Translations under genes and position numbers: made by a program
In this document: piece by piece, positions 22,201-33,869 of the stretch
Numbering within the stretch: position 1 is the stretch's first letter
How the letters are laid out: each line of letters begins with the position of its first letter
DNA from: Patellaria atrata CBS 101060
Lineage: Eukaryota
Assembly: GCA_010093705.1 (NCBI GenBank)
Contig: MU006100.1
Coordinates: 248,001 to 281,869, forward strand
Length of the DNA stretch: 33,869 nt
Direction: 5' to 3'
The notes under the pieces: model-generated
What the model saw: the letters and a program-made list of their open reading frames with translations, nothing else
Database searches by the model: none
What the model was told of the DNA's origin: nothing

Positions 22201-25200
22201 TTTCTTCTCCCGCGATAGATCTAGATCCTTTAATTTGTCTTGGAGGTGATTCATTACATCCACAATGGTAGAAGCAGTATCGGCAAACAGATTAACCTCT
22301 AGACTGGAACTCTTGATCTGGTAATTTCGCCTAGAAGGCATCGAGTTATCATCCGGCGTGGTTCCCCGGAATGAGGCACCAAAGCGAACGTTACCACAGG
22401 GCTTAGAGCCATGACCATCTAGCAGATCAAGCTGAACACAGAGTTCTCGTAGATAAGCTTTGAACTGGGGATCCGGGAGTGCAGTCAATTCTTCGGATAC
22501 GTTGGTGATGCTAACGTGAACGCAATGAAGGGAAGCTGAAAGGTTGGCAGTGGATGAACCTTGCAGGCTTGTAGGAGCAGTCGCGATTATGCTTGTCCCT
22601 TCAAGAATGAACTGAACAGTATAAGTTGGTTGTGGTGATGATTCCCTCCGAGGGTGATGTCTACCAGGCAATGAAGACAAAATCTCTTGTGCATGTGATT
22701 TGAGTATCATTCCATCTTCTTTCATTGCCTCGAGGGTATTTGCAATTTCTGGTCGATTAAATGCAGTCAACAATCCATGGATCGCAGAAGCTTCGAATAC
22801 CACCCTTCGCATCGTGGTTACCGTCTTTATGTCTAGCGAACCATCCACCAATTTCACTAACTGAAGCTGTCCATTGACTGGAGGTATTTCCCAAGAAGAT
22901 ATGTTCCCAGACTTCTGGAAAGTCTTTCCAAGTATCTGATGATTTTGACGACCGAGATCATAATCTAGTTTCAATGAGAAATCACAATCTAGGGCAGGTC
23001 GCGCGGATATCCGTCCGATTCCACCGCTAATTGAGTACTTCAAGGACTGAAAGAGCGGAATATCTATGCGATATGATTCCATAAGTAGAGCTACAGTTAT
23101 ATTAGGCATTCCTCCTTTTGTTTCTTTTGTAGATCCCTCTGGAGCGCAATCATGAGCAGCTGTAGGACTCCCCAATCTACTTGCAATATATGTGAGTTCA
23201 TCGTTAACCACTCGGTCCACAACTTCGATTAATGCCGGTAATTCATCTTCGAACTTCATAGCGATTTCCTTGCTAGCACCTGCAATTTTCAGGTCGACCG
23301 GTTTGGTGCTATGGTTTCCGTGCTTCTCATGGGATATGAATAGATTGGGGGCAACCCACAATGCAGAATAGACACGGCGTGCCCGGGAACTGAAATCTGT
23401 TGAAGCAGCATCGGCATGTAACAGAGCGCTGATAGAGAGACTTTCAGGTGCTGTTGCTCCTAATGCTCCAACAACAGATAATTTCAATCCCTGACTCTTC
23501 CAGGCGCATTTAAGATTTATAGTGTCAAGTGTTATATTACCCGAATCGGTAGTAACAACAAACTGGACGTTATGTGCTTCCCTTGTGTCCAGTTCTTCAT
23601 GAATTCGATTTACGCTATGTTCGACGTCCTCTTTTGAAGTTAATCCCTGAGCCTGGAACAACTTGATAAGATCTTCTATAAGCTGGGCAATCTCCCAATT
23701 CAGATGAAGGAGTATGGAGCCTATATGGACTTGAACTGTGGTTGATTTTATTTGTACACCACTTTCAAGAAGCATTAATCCTAAAGGCGATGGCGGAGGG
23801 ACTGAGGCAAAATGGACAACTAGCGTTCTGAGGCGAATCTCACTTTGATTTGGACCTGGATCGACCAGTAAACCGATTGAGGATGACCGTACTTCTATTG
23901 TCCAAGACGTTGGATTCTTTGTATGAAGAGGTTCAACGCCAAAACCAGCTATCGAGCCAAATAATGTTCGCATCGCAAAGCTGTTTTTTACGTGTGAAAG
24001 ATCCCACGCGCGCCAGCTGTCCCAACTTTCAATGATCTGGGTCTCTCCATCTGGTGGACAGCAGGTAAATCTGTCAGCACAAGCGTCCCTTAGTTCTTGC
24101 TTGTCTTCGTCGGAGAGGCATTGGTAAATATAGCGGAATCGAGCAATGATTTTCCAGGAATCATGATTCCGCAGATGGTCTTTACTTGCTCGTAAAGCAT
24201 AGGACGCGCGTGTTAAGAATACCGGATCAGGAACATCTGCGCCAGACATGGTGAGTCGATATGCAAGATATTGCATGCGTCGTCGGTGCTCTCGGAGTAC
24301 GGATACAATTCTGGTCTCAAATTCACCGGCTAAGAGCGTTGTTCGATGTATCAACGGAGCTAAATATTCGATTCTTGTACTGGTTGTAGCAACTTCAAAA
24401 TCTTTGAAGGAAAGCTTTAACAATCCGGCATCTGCGGAAACAAGCCAGCATAGTACATCCACTATGTCCAGACGGACTAAACACTCTGGATTCCCCACCT
24501 TGTCTGCCTTCCCTTGAACAATTGCATGAAAAGCTCCTAGAGTAGCATGCAGTGTAGTCGTGTCACGCCAATCTGCGCCCTGCGGAGGTGTCTTGGATCG
24601 GAGGGCGACCCTAAGTCGTTTAATGATAAAATCGTATTGATCTTGTTCCATCCGTCCTCTAGATTCCTCCAAGTTTGACTGAAATGAATTTAGGAAACGG
24701 ATGCTAGCATGCGGTATTCGCAAGTTAAGTTCAACGAATTTTCCTTTTCCGGACTTAACCTTCCGAAGACCTAGAATTTCAGATATAACCCCAATTTGAA
24801 AGGAGTCCAACAGTGCCTCTGGGTCTTTGGCTTCTAGTGAATCTAAGAGATTTGCCACTGTAAAGACTGCTTCGGGCTTGCACAAAATCTGAATACCCGG
24901 TTCTACACTTACAATAAACGTTGTGTGAACTAGATGCTCATCAAAGGATTTGCTAGATACATCGTTGAAGTGGGGAGTAGAGTCATCGGAATGATGAGAT
25001 CGGGTAGAATTATCAGGCAGAGGAGGGACCTCTGCCATGTCAGGCTCCACGTTGTTCAGTGTAAAGTACGGAGTATTAAGACAACTAGAGAAAGCCATCG
25101 TTGAATGGGGTGCACGAAGGCCTCCGGGTTCCTTTGCTTGGGAAAGTCTGTCCTGCTCACTCCTTTGCACACTCATCCTCGATTCTCGACTTTGAGATCT

Positions 25201-28200
25201 AGTATTACCGAAATCGTTCTTTGGTGGCTGATCTAAGCTACTAGGTCTTGATAGTGAATGTGTGTTAGACGGAATAGTTCCATCAAGGTAACCTGTTGTT
25301 ATTGTAGTAATTGAATGCCTAATACTTCCAGTTTCACCACCAGCATGAACAGGTTCAGGAACCATAGGAAAAGGCATTGCTGGGATTTCAATCTCAGTGC
25401 GAGCTGTTGATCGCGAGTATGATTTGCTATTAGCGTCAACTGATAGGAAGAACGGTGTTCGATGTGTCCGCTCATCATGCTCTAGTACGTGATTTTGTTG
25501 CTTTCGCCTTTCTTCGCTGAAGTCATACTTTCTTTTTAGCATGTTCAGGCGTATAGCCGTGGAGAAATACGCATACGTCTCCACAACATGACGTGGTCCG
25601 CCTTGTAGTCGATGTCTTGACGCTAACTTTGCATCCACACAGCCTACATTTATTTGAGGGATAAGAACCTGGAGACGTTGGGAGAAAGTACTGCCAGCCA
25701 TATCATTGAACTCGACATTGATAGGCTCGGTCCTCACGAGTAATGCCTCGTCTCCAAGTAGAAGGGCCACATTCATAGGAGCTGCCTGTAGACGTAGAAA
25801 CGTAATGTCGTGGATAACTGCAGCCTTTACGATATCAAGTCCGTTTTCGTCATCGTCTAAGGTAAATACAAAGGCACGAATGCCTGCACCTAGGTTCTCA
25901 AGGAACTCAGTAGTAAGTTCCCCAGATATTTCGCCCACGTCAAAGTCCCAATTGCAGACGTATGTAGGCTCAGTTGGAGGTAATCCAAAAAGTCGATGGC
26001 CAAATATGTGAACGGACTGGAGGAAGAGTTGCGTCTCACCGGAGCTTTCAACCGGCGTCTCTGTGCTTGTGCAATATTTTCCAAGCGAAGCATGTAGTGG
26101 GCTGAAGTCAACCATAAGATCCATATAATAGTTAGTGAACCGTAAATCTGCTGAAGCAAATGCCGCATCTAACCTCACATGGTCATCGCTTGTGTATAGG
26201 TTTGAAGGCAAGAGGACACTTGCATTATCAACACTGACGCAGAGGATAACATCAAGATCATTAGACCTTTTAGAAGACTTTTCTAACTTGTCTTGAGTTT
26301 CCTGATAGTCACCTTGCTCTCGTAACCATTGAAACTCCTCCAAAGTTTTGAAATGCATGTCGTCTCCAAAATAATTTTCTCTCATCTTCATAAATTGCTC
26401 GATTAGAAACCCGAACAAGGTGAGACGTACGTTTGTTCCATGTATGTTAAGATTTAAAACGTCAGTAAAAGATGGAGAAGTCTCTGTGAAATAGCTGTGG
26501 CTCCCAGTTAGTTTCAATGAATCGAGATCGGCGACATTATTTGCTTTTATAAAGGTGTGAATCGTGTTACGGGGTGGCGTTGAAAGATCTAGTCCGAACT
26601 TATAACCCTTGACATCAAACGTTATCTCGTTCTGCAGAGGCCTGAACTGATCGAGAGGAATGGTTAGGTCCGCCTCGAGCTCTTCGCCATACATAATGAG
26701 AAAGTTATTGTCATCTATGTCCGACGGGTCGTTGACTATGTTCAATCCGTTCGTATTCAAATACATTCGGAAATCATCGAACTTGACATTCAGCAAATAT
26801 TTGAACGGAGTAAAAGTGAAGTAATCTGTAGGAGGTCCTGCACCCCAGTCCGAGATTAAATCCGTCAGTAGGAATAAGTGATCACGAAGGATAAATAGAT
26901 GGAGTCCATTAGATAGGATATTGAATTTCCATGTCCGCAGTTGATTCCACCCAAGAGGAAGTGGCAGATCACAGTCAAGTGACAAGCGACCTGCTCGCCA
27001 TAACAGTCCGTGATTCACACTAGACGATATTTCGGTCCCTGGAACATCAACATCTAACTTATTATGATAGCCATCTTTTGCAGCGACCATATCCATTCTG
27101 TAATTCACTGTTGTATCTGAGGCTATCTTGATATCTAACCAAGCAAATGGTCGGACATTAGGCCCGGGTAGACCTGCATCACGCTTCTTGAATCGGATTG
27201 ACTTTATGCGAGCCTTAGCGTGCGGCTTGGCCTTGTCTCCAGATTTCCCTCCGTCAGGACTATCACCGGTGAACGCCCCTGCTTTTCCTTTGAAACGCCA
27301 GTCCTTTGAAGGTTCCCGCACGGGGATACGAAGAATTGTTTCTTCTTCGATGCTAAGAAACATTCTGAACACTGAAAGGACTCGGGTGTCTCCACTGTGT
27401 AGAAGTTCAGCGGGAATTACATCAGTATAAGATCCAGGGAAGAAGAAGTTTTGGAAGTTCACACGGTGTCTGTCCGCCCAAGGTCCATAAGTAATAGTGC
27501 CGCCATGAATATGGAGATCGAGTCCATAGTCAGGTGGAGTTGTACCATTGATATCGGTATTATCTAAAGGTAGCCTAGATTGATCAAGGTCGTGGGGAAC
27601 AAAACCAGGTATATCCCAATAGAAGGTCATGCTTAGGCGCGGACAATCAGCTATAGTTGACGAATTTGCGTACTCTATGCCGCTCCATTCGTCGTGTTCG
27701 TTATGCTGAGTATCATCAAGATATCGTGTTAAGCCCTTCCATCGTTCCTCTCCAGGAATGGGTGGTGGGATAAGACTTGGTCCTTTACCAGATGTATTTT
27801 TGGTTGCTATAGAGTCAAATGACCGACGAAAAAGGGGTGACAAATTCTGTAAGGCAAGCAACATTCTGTGAGATTTGTGTGGTTTCGATGATTCTTCAGT
27901 AACATCTGGAGGAATATCGCTATTCACCTCTTTTTTGAGATTAGCTGCAGTTGCTAGTTGAAGGCCCTTAAAATCGGGATTCGGACGCATTTGGATAACT
28001 GGATGCGTAAAGTCAAAGCGGAATATCTGTTTATAGATATCAAGGGGTCCAGATTCACCGGCGTCGAACTCGCCCCAAGCGCTATCGAATTTCGCTGTGA
28101 TTATAGCTTTCGTATTTTCATTGCCTACAACTATTGCGCCTTTATTGCAATGGATGTGGATGGGAAAGAGACCTAAGATAGCAGGTATCTCAGGTTTGAG

Positions 28201-29052
28201 ATCCGAATTGAGAGCTGCTGCTCCAATTGCTCCATCAGCACCATAGGTTGTCTCGGTAGCGCGCTCTACGGGCTTGATATGAGTTGATTCAGGTGAAATA
28301 TGACCGTGGGCGGAACCTTGACTTTTCTGTCCCTCCGAATTACTATGTTGCGCCTGGGTATTTGGAGATGTCTCCTTCCGCTTCTTTGCTTTTGCGATAT
28401 TTTCAATAATGGAGTCATATATCGGACTCCGATTATAGAGAAATACCTCAACACCTGATGCCTTGATAGATATTCGGCATGGTAAATCTGGTAATGACTC
28501 TTTTCCCCCTCTTTCCTCTTTTCCTAGGCTGCGGCTCCTACTGCGCATTTCGCTATGGCTTGGTGAAGCTAGGTTGCATAGGCTCTCCTTTCTTGATGTT
28601 GTCCCGTTAGAACAGAATTCTGGTTTTTTAACCTTTCTAAGCCAGTATCTCCATGTTATGTAGCCTCCATGTACTAGTATCGTCTGGTTTTGCCCATGGT
28701 AACGTATGTCCCTGAAAAAAACTCTCCCAGCGAGGAGTGATATTTGCAAACTCTGTATATCCACATAGACACGATATTGATGCCAAGTGTAGGCCCTAAT
28801 TGCGTACGACAGAACGGTTGCGAATAGTCGATTGAAGTAGTAGAGGAAGAAGATTGTCCTATATAACCAGTAAGTATTAACAGTTTGCTAGGGAAGGGAA
28901 GTGAGCCTTACAATATGCCACAGACTAGCAGCTCAACTAAGTAAACCCTAAGGCATATTGTTAACAGTGTTCAATCTCTATTAGATAGTGGCATACCAAT
29001 TGAAGGACCCGTCGCCCCTCAAGGGCTCCGCAGTTAGACCTCCGGACGACAT
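19258..29052 (-). CDS. CSF1: Csf1, bridge-like lipid transfer protein (BLTP1/Tweek/KIAA1109 family), ~3230 aa. Exons 29052-28997, 28947-28912, 28858-19258
   Basis: A 3168-aa ORF plus two short 5' exons gives MSSGGLTAEPLRGDGSFNWVYLVELLVCGILTIFFLYYFNRLFATVLSYAIRAYTW (N-terminal TM anchor) then SLQISLLAGRVFF. YGPWADRHR, YFGDDMHFKTLEE and the C-terminal PQLRDMGEATPPLEWIGL..DRLP..TH are Csf1/BLTP1 hallmarks. Confidence 0.96.
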
Positions 29053-29492
29053 TTGTGCTACGATTGCGCCGCCTTGTTCTAGCCCAACTCATAATGGTTT
29101 CGCGAGAAGCTTGAGAGAGACATAAAGACGCGCTTGGATGATTCTGCAAACCGTTATGCGTGGGTTTGCATGCTGGTGGAGCTATTCACGCAGGTGTCCT
29201 TACACGTGCATTAAGGATGTCCACTGTCGGAAGTCAACATTTCGTTGGTCAGAGCTTCATCATCGCGAACCTGCCCTCCGCATCAACGTCGTTTCCGTCT
29301 GCCTAACTTTTTCTTCTTACACTACCTTCGCGTAGCATCTAGTATACAACTGTTGAAAAATGATTATGTCGTAACCTTCTAGGAGTTCCTTCATTCTCTA
29401 CTGCTTGTTCTGCTCCGAAAGCCTAACAATCAGAGCCCACCTACGATCCTACGGGCACGCCCCTGCGGAACCCTCGAGGAAGTCCTTTGAAG
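29053..29492. promoter_or_regulatory. Divergent promoter region between CSF1 and the TMEM184/Hfl1 gene
   Basis: 440 bp separate the head-to-head ATGs. Confidence 0.55.
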
Positions 29493-31806
29493 ATGTTGAA
29501 AACCAGGGATATACTCACGTTGGATGAAGGGACTGGGGCAAGATTTGCGAACATAATAACTACGTTGGCTGGAGTGTCAGCTCTCTCTGCAACGCTACTT
29601 ACATTTGTGTATGGATATCAAGATATCACTTTACGGACTGAGGCTAACGTCTAATCTCTTCCCATAGTTCAGTATGGCTTCAATCGTAAGTTTATTTACC
29701 ATATAGACCTGTACAGGTACTCATAGTAGTTAGGAAAAATTACCGGAAACCACTATTGCAGAGATATGTGGTACGGATATTACTCATGTACGTCTCCACT
29801 AATGCGAATCCATATGTTTTATTCTGATAATAGAAGGGTGCCTATATATTCTGCAGCATCTTGGGCAAGTCTTACATCACAAAATGTTGCATTCTGGGTA
29901 GATCCTTTTCGAGACGTATATGAGGTGAGCAATAGCTATTGTAGAGATCTCGCGCAAAAATTGATCAGATATAAAAGGCATTCACAATCTATACATTCTT
30001 CCAACTCCTGATAAACTTCATCGGGGGAGAACGTCAACTAATCGTTCTTATGCATGGCCGTCCGCCAGTCTCACACCTATATCCGCTCAATTACATACTA
30101 CCAAAAGTCGACATATCCGATCCCCATACATTTCTAGCCATAAAGCGCGGAATCTTACAGTATACTTGGATTAAACCAATTTTGTCAATTGCAACAATTA
30201 TATTGAAAGCAACAGGAACCTATCAAGAAGGTGATCTTTCTGTCGATTCTGGTTATCTGTGGAATGGCATTATCTACAATCTCAGCATTACAGTCAGTCT
30301 ATACGCTCTTGCTATGTTCTGGGTCTGTATGTCACAAGATTTGAAACCATTTCGACCTATGCCAAAGTTCCTTTGTATCAAAGGGATTATCTTTGCTTCA
30401 TATTGGCAGGGGTTCTTCCTGTCAATCCTCGTTTGGCTAGGCGCCATACCATCCGATACCCCTGGATACACGGCCGACACTCTTGCAGCTTCAATTCAAG
30501 ATGCACTGATTTGTTTTGAGATGCCTATTTTTGCAATCACTCATTGGTACGCATTTTCTTGGCATGATTACGCCGACGTTACTATCTCTGCAGCACGAAT
30601 GCCGGTCAAATTCGCACTTCGGGATGCTTTTGGCCCAAGAGACCTCATAGAGGATGCAAAGGACACATTCAGCGGAGAACATTATGAGTACAGAGCATTC
30701 GATGCTGATGACAATGTTCTTGCGCATGAAGAATCGTCGTCACGTGTTGCAAGGATGATGGAAGGTATGAGGTACGAAAGAGGTGGGAAAGGAAAGTACT
30801 GGATTCCGAAACCTGGGAATGATAGCGCAAGATCACCCCTTCTCGCCAAGGTTTCTGGCGGAAGGGCTCGAACTATGAGTCCTGCCGGGGGGATGCGTTC
30901 CGAAGACAGGAGGAATAAGTACGGTACGACAGGTGATATTGAGGAGACTACGCTTGACCCTGAAGAAGAGAAGCTGTACGACAATGCGAGAGCGTTAGAG
31001 TTCGGTGATTGGAATGTAAGTGAGTTTGAATCATGAATTGGATCTTATTGCTAAGAATGGATAAGTATCCGGTTATCACAGCACATACAGCTACTCGAGA
31101 GCATTATACACATGCTGATCCGAACATTGTTACTGCATCAACTAATCGACATCTCTTACAACCTACAAAACGTAATAGAGAACGACGTCAAAGCAGGATC
31201 AAGGAGATCCAACAATCTGCAGATAAAGGAAAGCATCGCAGCAATTCCAGTAATGGGGAGAGCTCCCGATCGAAATCAGTGTCTCGTCGTCCTGTCTTAG
31301 GAAGTCTTCTAAGGCATGAATCTTCATCTTCTGAATCGGCTAAATCCGATAATAGTCAACTAGTCGATCTTGTTGTGGAGGATCATGAGGCTGAAGAGGT
31401 CGAGAGAGTCCGAGCAAGAAAAGAAGGAGGGCCTGGTTGGAATGAGGTGGAGACAAAACACTTCATGTAAGCATCCTCAGCATGGATAGAAGAGATGAGC
31501 TGACTTGAATTTAGTCATACGTTTCCGGAAGATGATCAAGCGGAAGATGTGCGGGAAGGTTTTGATCCTGACAAACCTGAACCTTCCAGCAAAGATAAGC
31601 ACAATCTTGATGCACCTTTTGCTGTAGGGAATGATGAAGATGGGGTTACTCCAGATAAGTCTGATGACGAGACACATTGGGAGCGCCGCGATTATGACGG
31701 AAAGGACGGGGAGAATGGGAATACAGAACGCAGCCCTCAATACGGCAGCTTTCACGAAGAACGGAACGCGTGGGGCGCTCGGGATGATGAAGCCAGGGGG
31801 TCATGA
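29493..31806 (+). CDS. HFL1: TMEM184/organic solute transporter Ost-alpha family membrane protein, Hfl1-like (~668 aa). Exons 29493-29608, 29668-29685, 29734-29787, 29837-29924, 29978-31015, 31066-31466, 31515-31806
   Basis: Spliced product contains KNYRKPLLQRYVVRILLMVPIY, RDVYEAFTIYTFFQLLINFIGGER, KRGILQY, PKFLCIKGIIFASYWQG and IQDALICFEM...HWYAF, all Solute_trans_a family motifs. Six introns keep the frame. The HFL1 symbol is inferred from the long cytosolic tail with LY..A....FGDWNYPV. Confidence 0.93.
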
Positions 31807-33063
31807 TACTTTTCATGGCTCCTTCCTCATGACCTCTTTCTTCCATACACATACTTCTTGTTGTTCAGCATAGCGAAGGCGTCTTATCCAGCTATATACC
31901 CTTGCCTTTCACCTATTTCTTTTGATCATGAGGCCCGTTTTCTGACCGCATCTTTCTACTGACCTCTTCTCCACCAGTAGGCACAAAGTATATTTTGCAG
32001 CGCTCACTTACAAGGCTGTTGTGGCGCTTTCATGCACACCACTCACGAACAGCAAAGATATTCAACACCAATTAAGGCCAATTGCCTAATACGGGGATAA
32101 GATATACCTTCTGTCTTCTGAAATAAGTTCTGACTTCCAAACCTCATATGGTAGCTTGGTACTGTAGACTACTGTACAGTACAAAACGTATCTTTGTTGG
32201 GTACCTTTGTACTTTGTCCTGATCAGTGAGGACCTGATACTGCACCAGCACACTACTTTACTTCCCCATATTGTTATTAATCTGTTCCTGAGCTTGCGAT
32301 GCGCCAAGTATTAGTACAGTACAGTACTACTGCAGGACAGAAGATCTTGCATACCTCATGCTGATGCTTCGAAAGGACATCGCTGGCTCTCGTTTCATCG
32401 ACTTGTCGAACGGAACGGAGCCCGCAAGATACTAGCTCTAGAATGTCCGGCACTTGCGACCCCGACGGTGAGATCTGAAAAGAATTTTTTTTTGTCAGAT
32501 CGCGTGAAGGTGTTCTTCAGTATCGAGGTGTTCATGCGATTTGAGAGGTCACAGACAGTTCTCCTTTAACCGCCCACCGTACGAGGGTTATTTGACAAGG
32601 CTTAATGACAGCCAATGAAACTCCGTTTCGATACGCTCTCCAAGCTTAGGACAACCACCATATCGAGGACAGCTTTGGATGCTCCTATCTGAACCTTCGT
32701 GTATCCCCGTTATTGGGACAGACACTTTGCCCTTTTCTTTCTAACGAGGGGAATCTAATAATCATTGGGCGCTTCGATATGTAGGAACCGTCCTGAATCC
32801 CACCGTGCAATATGCGGCCTGTTTCGTGCCGAAAATCTGGACTGCCTGCCCTGATATTAATGGATGCAGGTCAGTCCGACTTCTCAAAAGCGCTGGATGC
32901 CCTGAGCTGCCGCTGCTGGAACTCACTCTCGAGCTTTGCAGCTTGTCATTCCTTTTTTTTCGTTCAATTCGACCGGCGTGGTCTTTTGAGTTGCGTGCTG
33001 GTTGCGTTTTGTCGGCTTCTCTTTGCAGCCTGAGATGACCTGTTGAGCATTTGCATATTTGCA

Positions 33064-33869
33064 ATGGGAGCTTCGCAGTCTGTTGAAGGCGCAAATAATC
33101 ATGGATGGCTGGTTACATCGATCGGGTGCTGTGCACCTACGAACAATCGTAATTCGGAGGATGAGGAGGAGTTGAAGCGGGAATGTGAGTTCTCTTAAGG
33201 CCCTCCATGAAGGAACAGCTGTCTGACTCGAGATCATAGCATCCGAACGAGATGTCACCATATGCTACGAACAGCCTCAGACCGTAGAGCCTTTACGCAA
33301 CCCTCCACCCTCCACCCGTCCTATCACGAGTCATTCGATGGCTCACTTCTCACATTGGATGGAAAATGGATTAGACTTCGCTTCAAGAGCATCTACCCGC
33401 ATCAGCATGAGCTCCTCACGTAGACCATGGACCTCTCATTCTCGTGCCTCTCATTCGCGAGGTCGACCTAGCATAGGAGCTCCCATGGACTTCCGAAAAG
33501 TTGAGGAAATCCCAAGACGCAGAAGAAGTTTTCGTCCCCTCGAACTAAGCATATACGTCCCCAACGGCATTCACCTCTCCCCTCTTCCCGATTTCTCCGG
33601 GGAATGGGACGAGAAAACCGTCGATCTAGCGATGCCGAAGGAAGCACACGTCAGGAGCGAGTCCGCAGCCTCGAATTACTCCAACTTCCGCATCCCCCGC
33701 AAAGCCCTCCCCTCCAGCTCATCCATTGACGAAACATCCATCCTCAACCTACGCAGGAGTATCGATATGGCACGACGCAGCACGAGCATCGATCTGGACA
33801 CCCTCTCCTCCACCCCCGGTCCAACGATCCGCCGCAGCCACACATCAACCACCCTCCCCTCCTCTCCTT
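33064..33869 (+). CDS. Conserved-type fungal hypothetical protein, predicted N-myristoylated, with CRIB-like motif; 3' truncated. Exons 33064-33184, 33240->33869
   Basis: Not in the ORF track because there is no stop in the window. MGASQSVEGANNHGWLVTSIGCCAP..., intron GTGAGT...CTGAC...TAG (33185-33239), then about 210 stop-free codons including RPSIGAPMDFRKV, FRPLELSIY, LSPLPDF and FRIPRK. Confidence 0.8.

Noticed and set aside
32805..33038. Cys/Leu-rich short ORFs upstream of the last gene
   Set aside because: No coding signature. At most uORFs, and the transcript start is unknown.

Overview
Gene-dense eukaryotic DNA from a filamentous ascomycete (Pezizomycotina-type short GT-AG introns with CTRAY branch sites). 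I reconstructed exon structures by hand for 10 spliced genes, plus one intronless orphan ORF. In order: SPC24 (partial, -), FIS1 (+), an RNF115/126-like zinc-ribbon/RING-H2 E3 (+), an Arg/Gly/Pro-rich orphan ORF (-), a GIGYF/Smy2-like GYF protein (+), RRN7 (-), eIF5A (-), VPS52 (+), CSF1/BLTP1 (-), a TMEM184/Hfl1-family transporter (+), and a partial myristoylated CRIB-like protein (+). I see no transposase, rRNA, canonical tRNA or CRISPR array. The most striking unexplained element is a compact ~165-nt, almost fully base-paired multi-branch structure at 18682-18844, between the convergent VPS52 and CSF1 3' ends. It carries tRNA-type A/B boxes and an oligo-T terminator on the minus strand, yet its G-U wobble pattern favours the plus strand. 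Other observations: 5 of 26 modelled introns use AAG acceptors, the fungal GIGYF retains a metazoan-type 4EHP-binding module, a HomolD box lies upstream of RRN7, and local C-rich to G-rich skew switches recur. All gene models and homology calls come from reading the sequence and from memory of the families; no searches were run.
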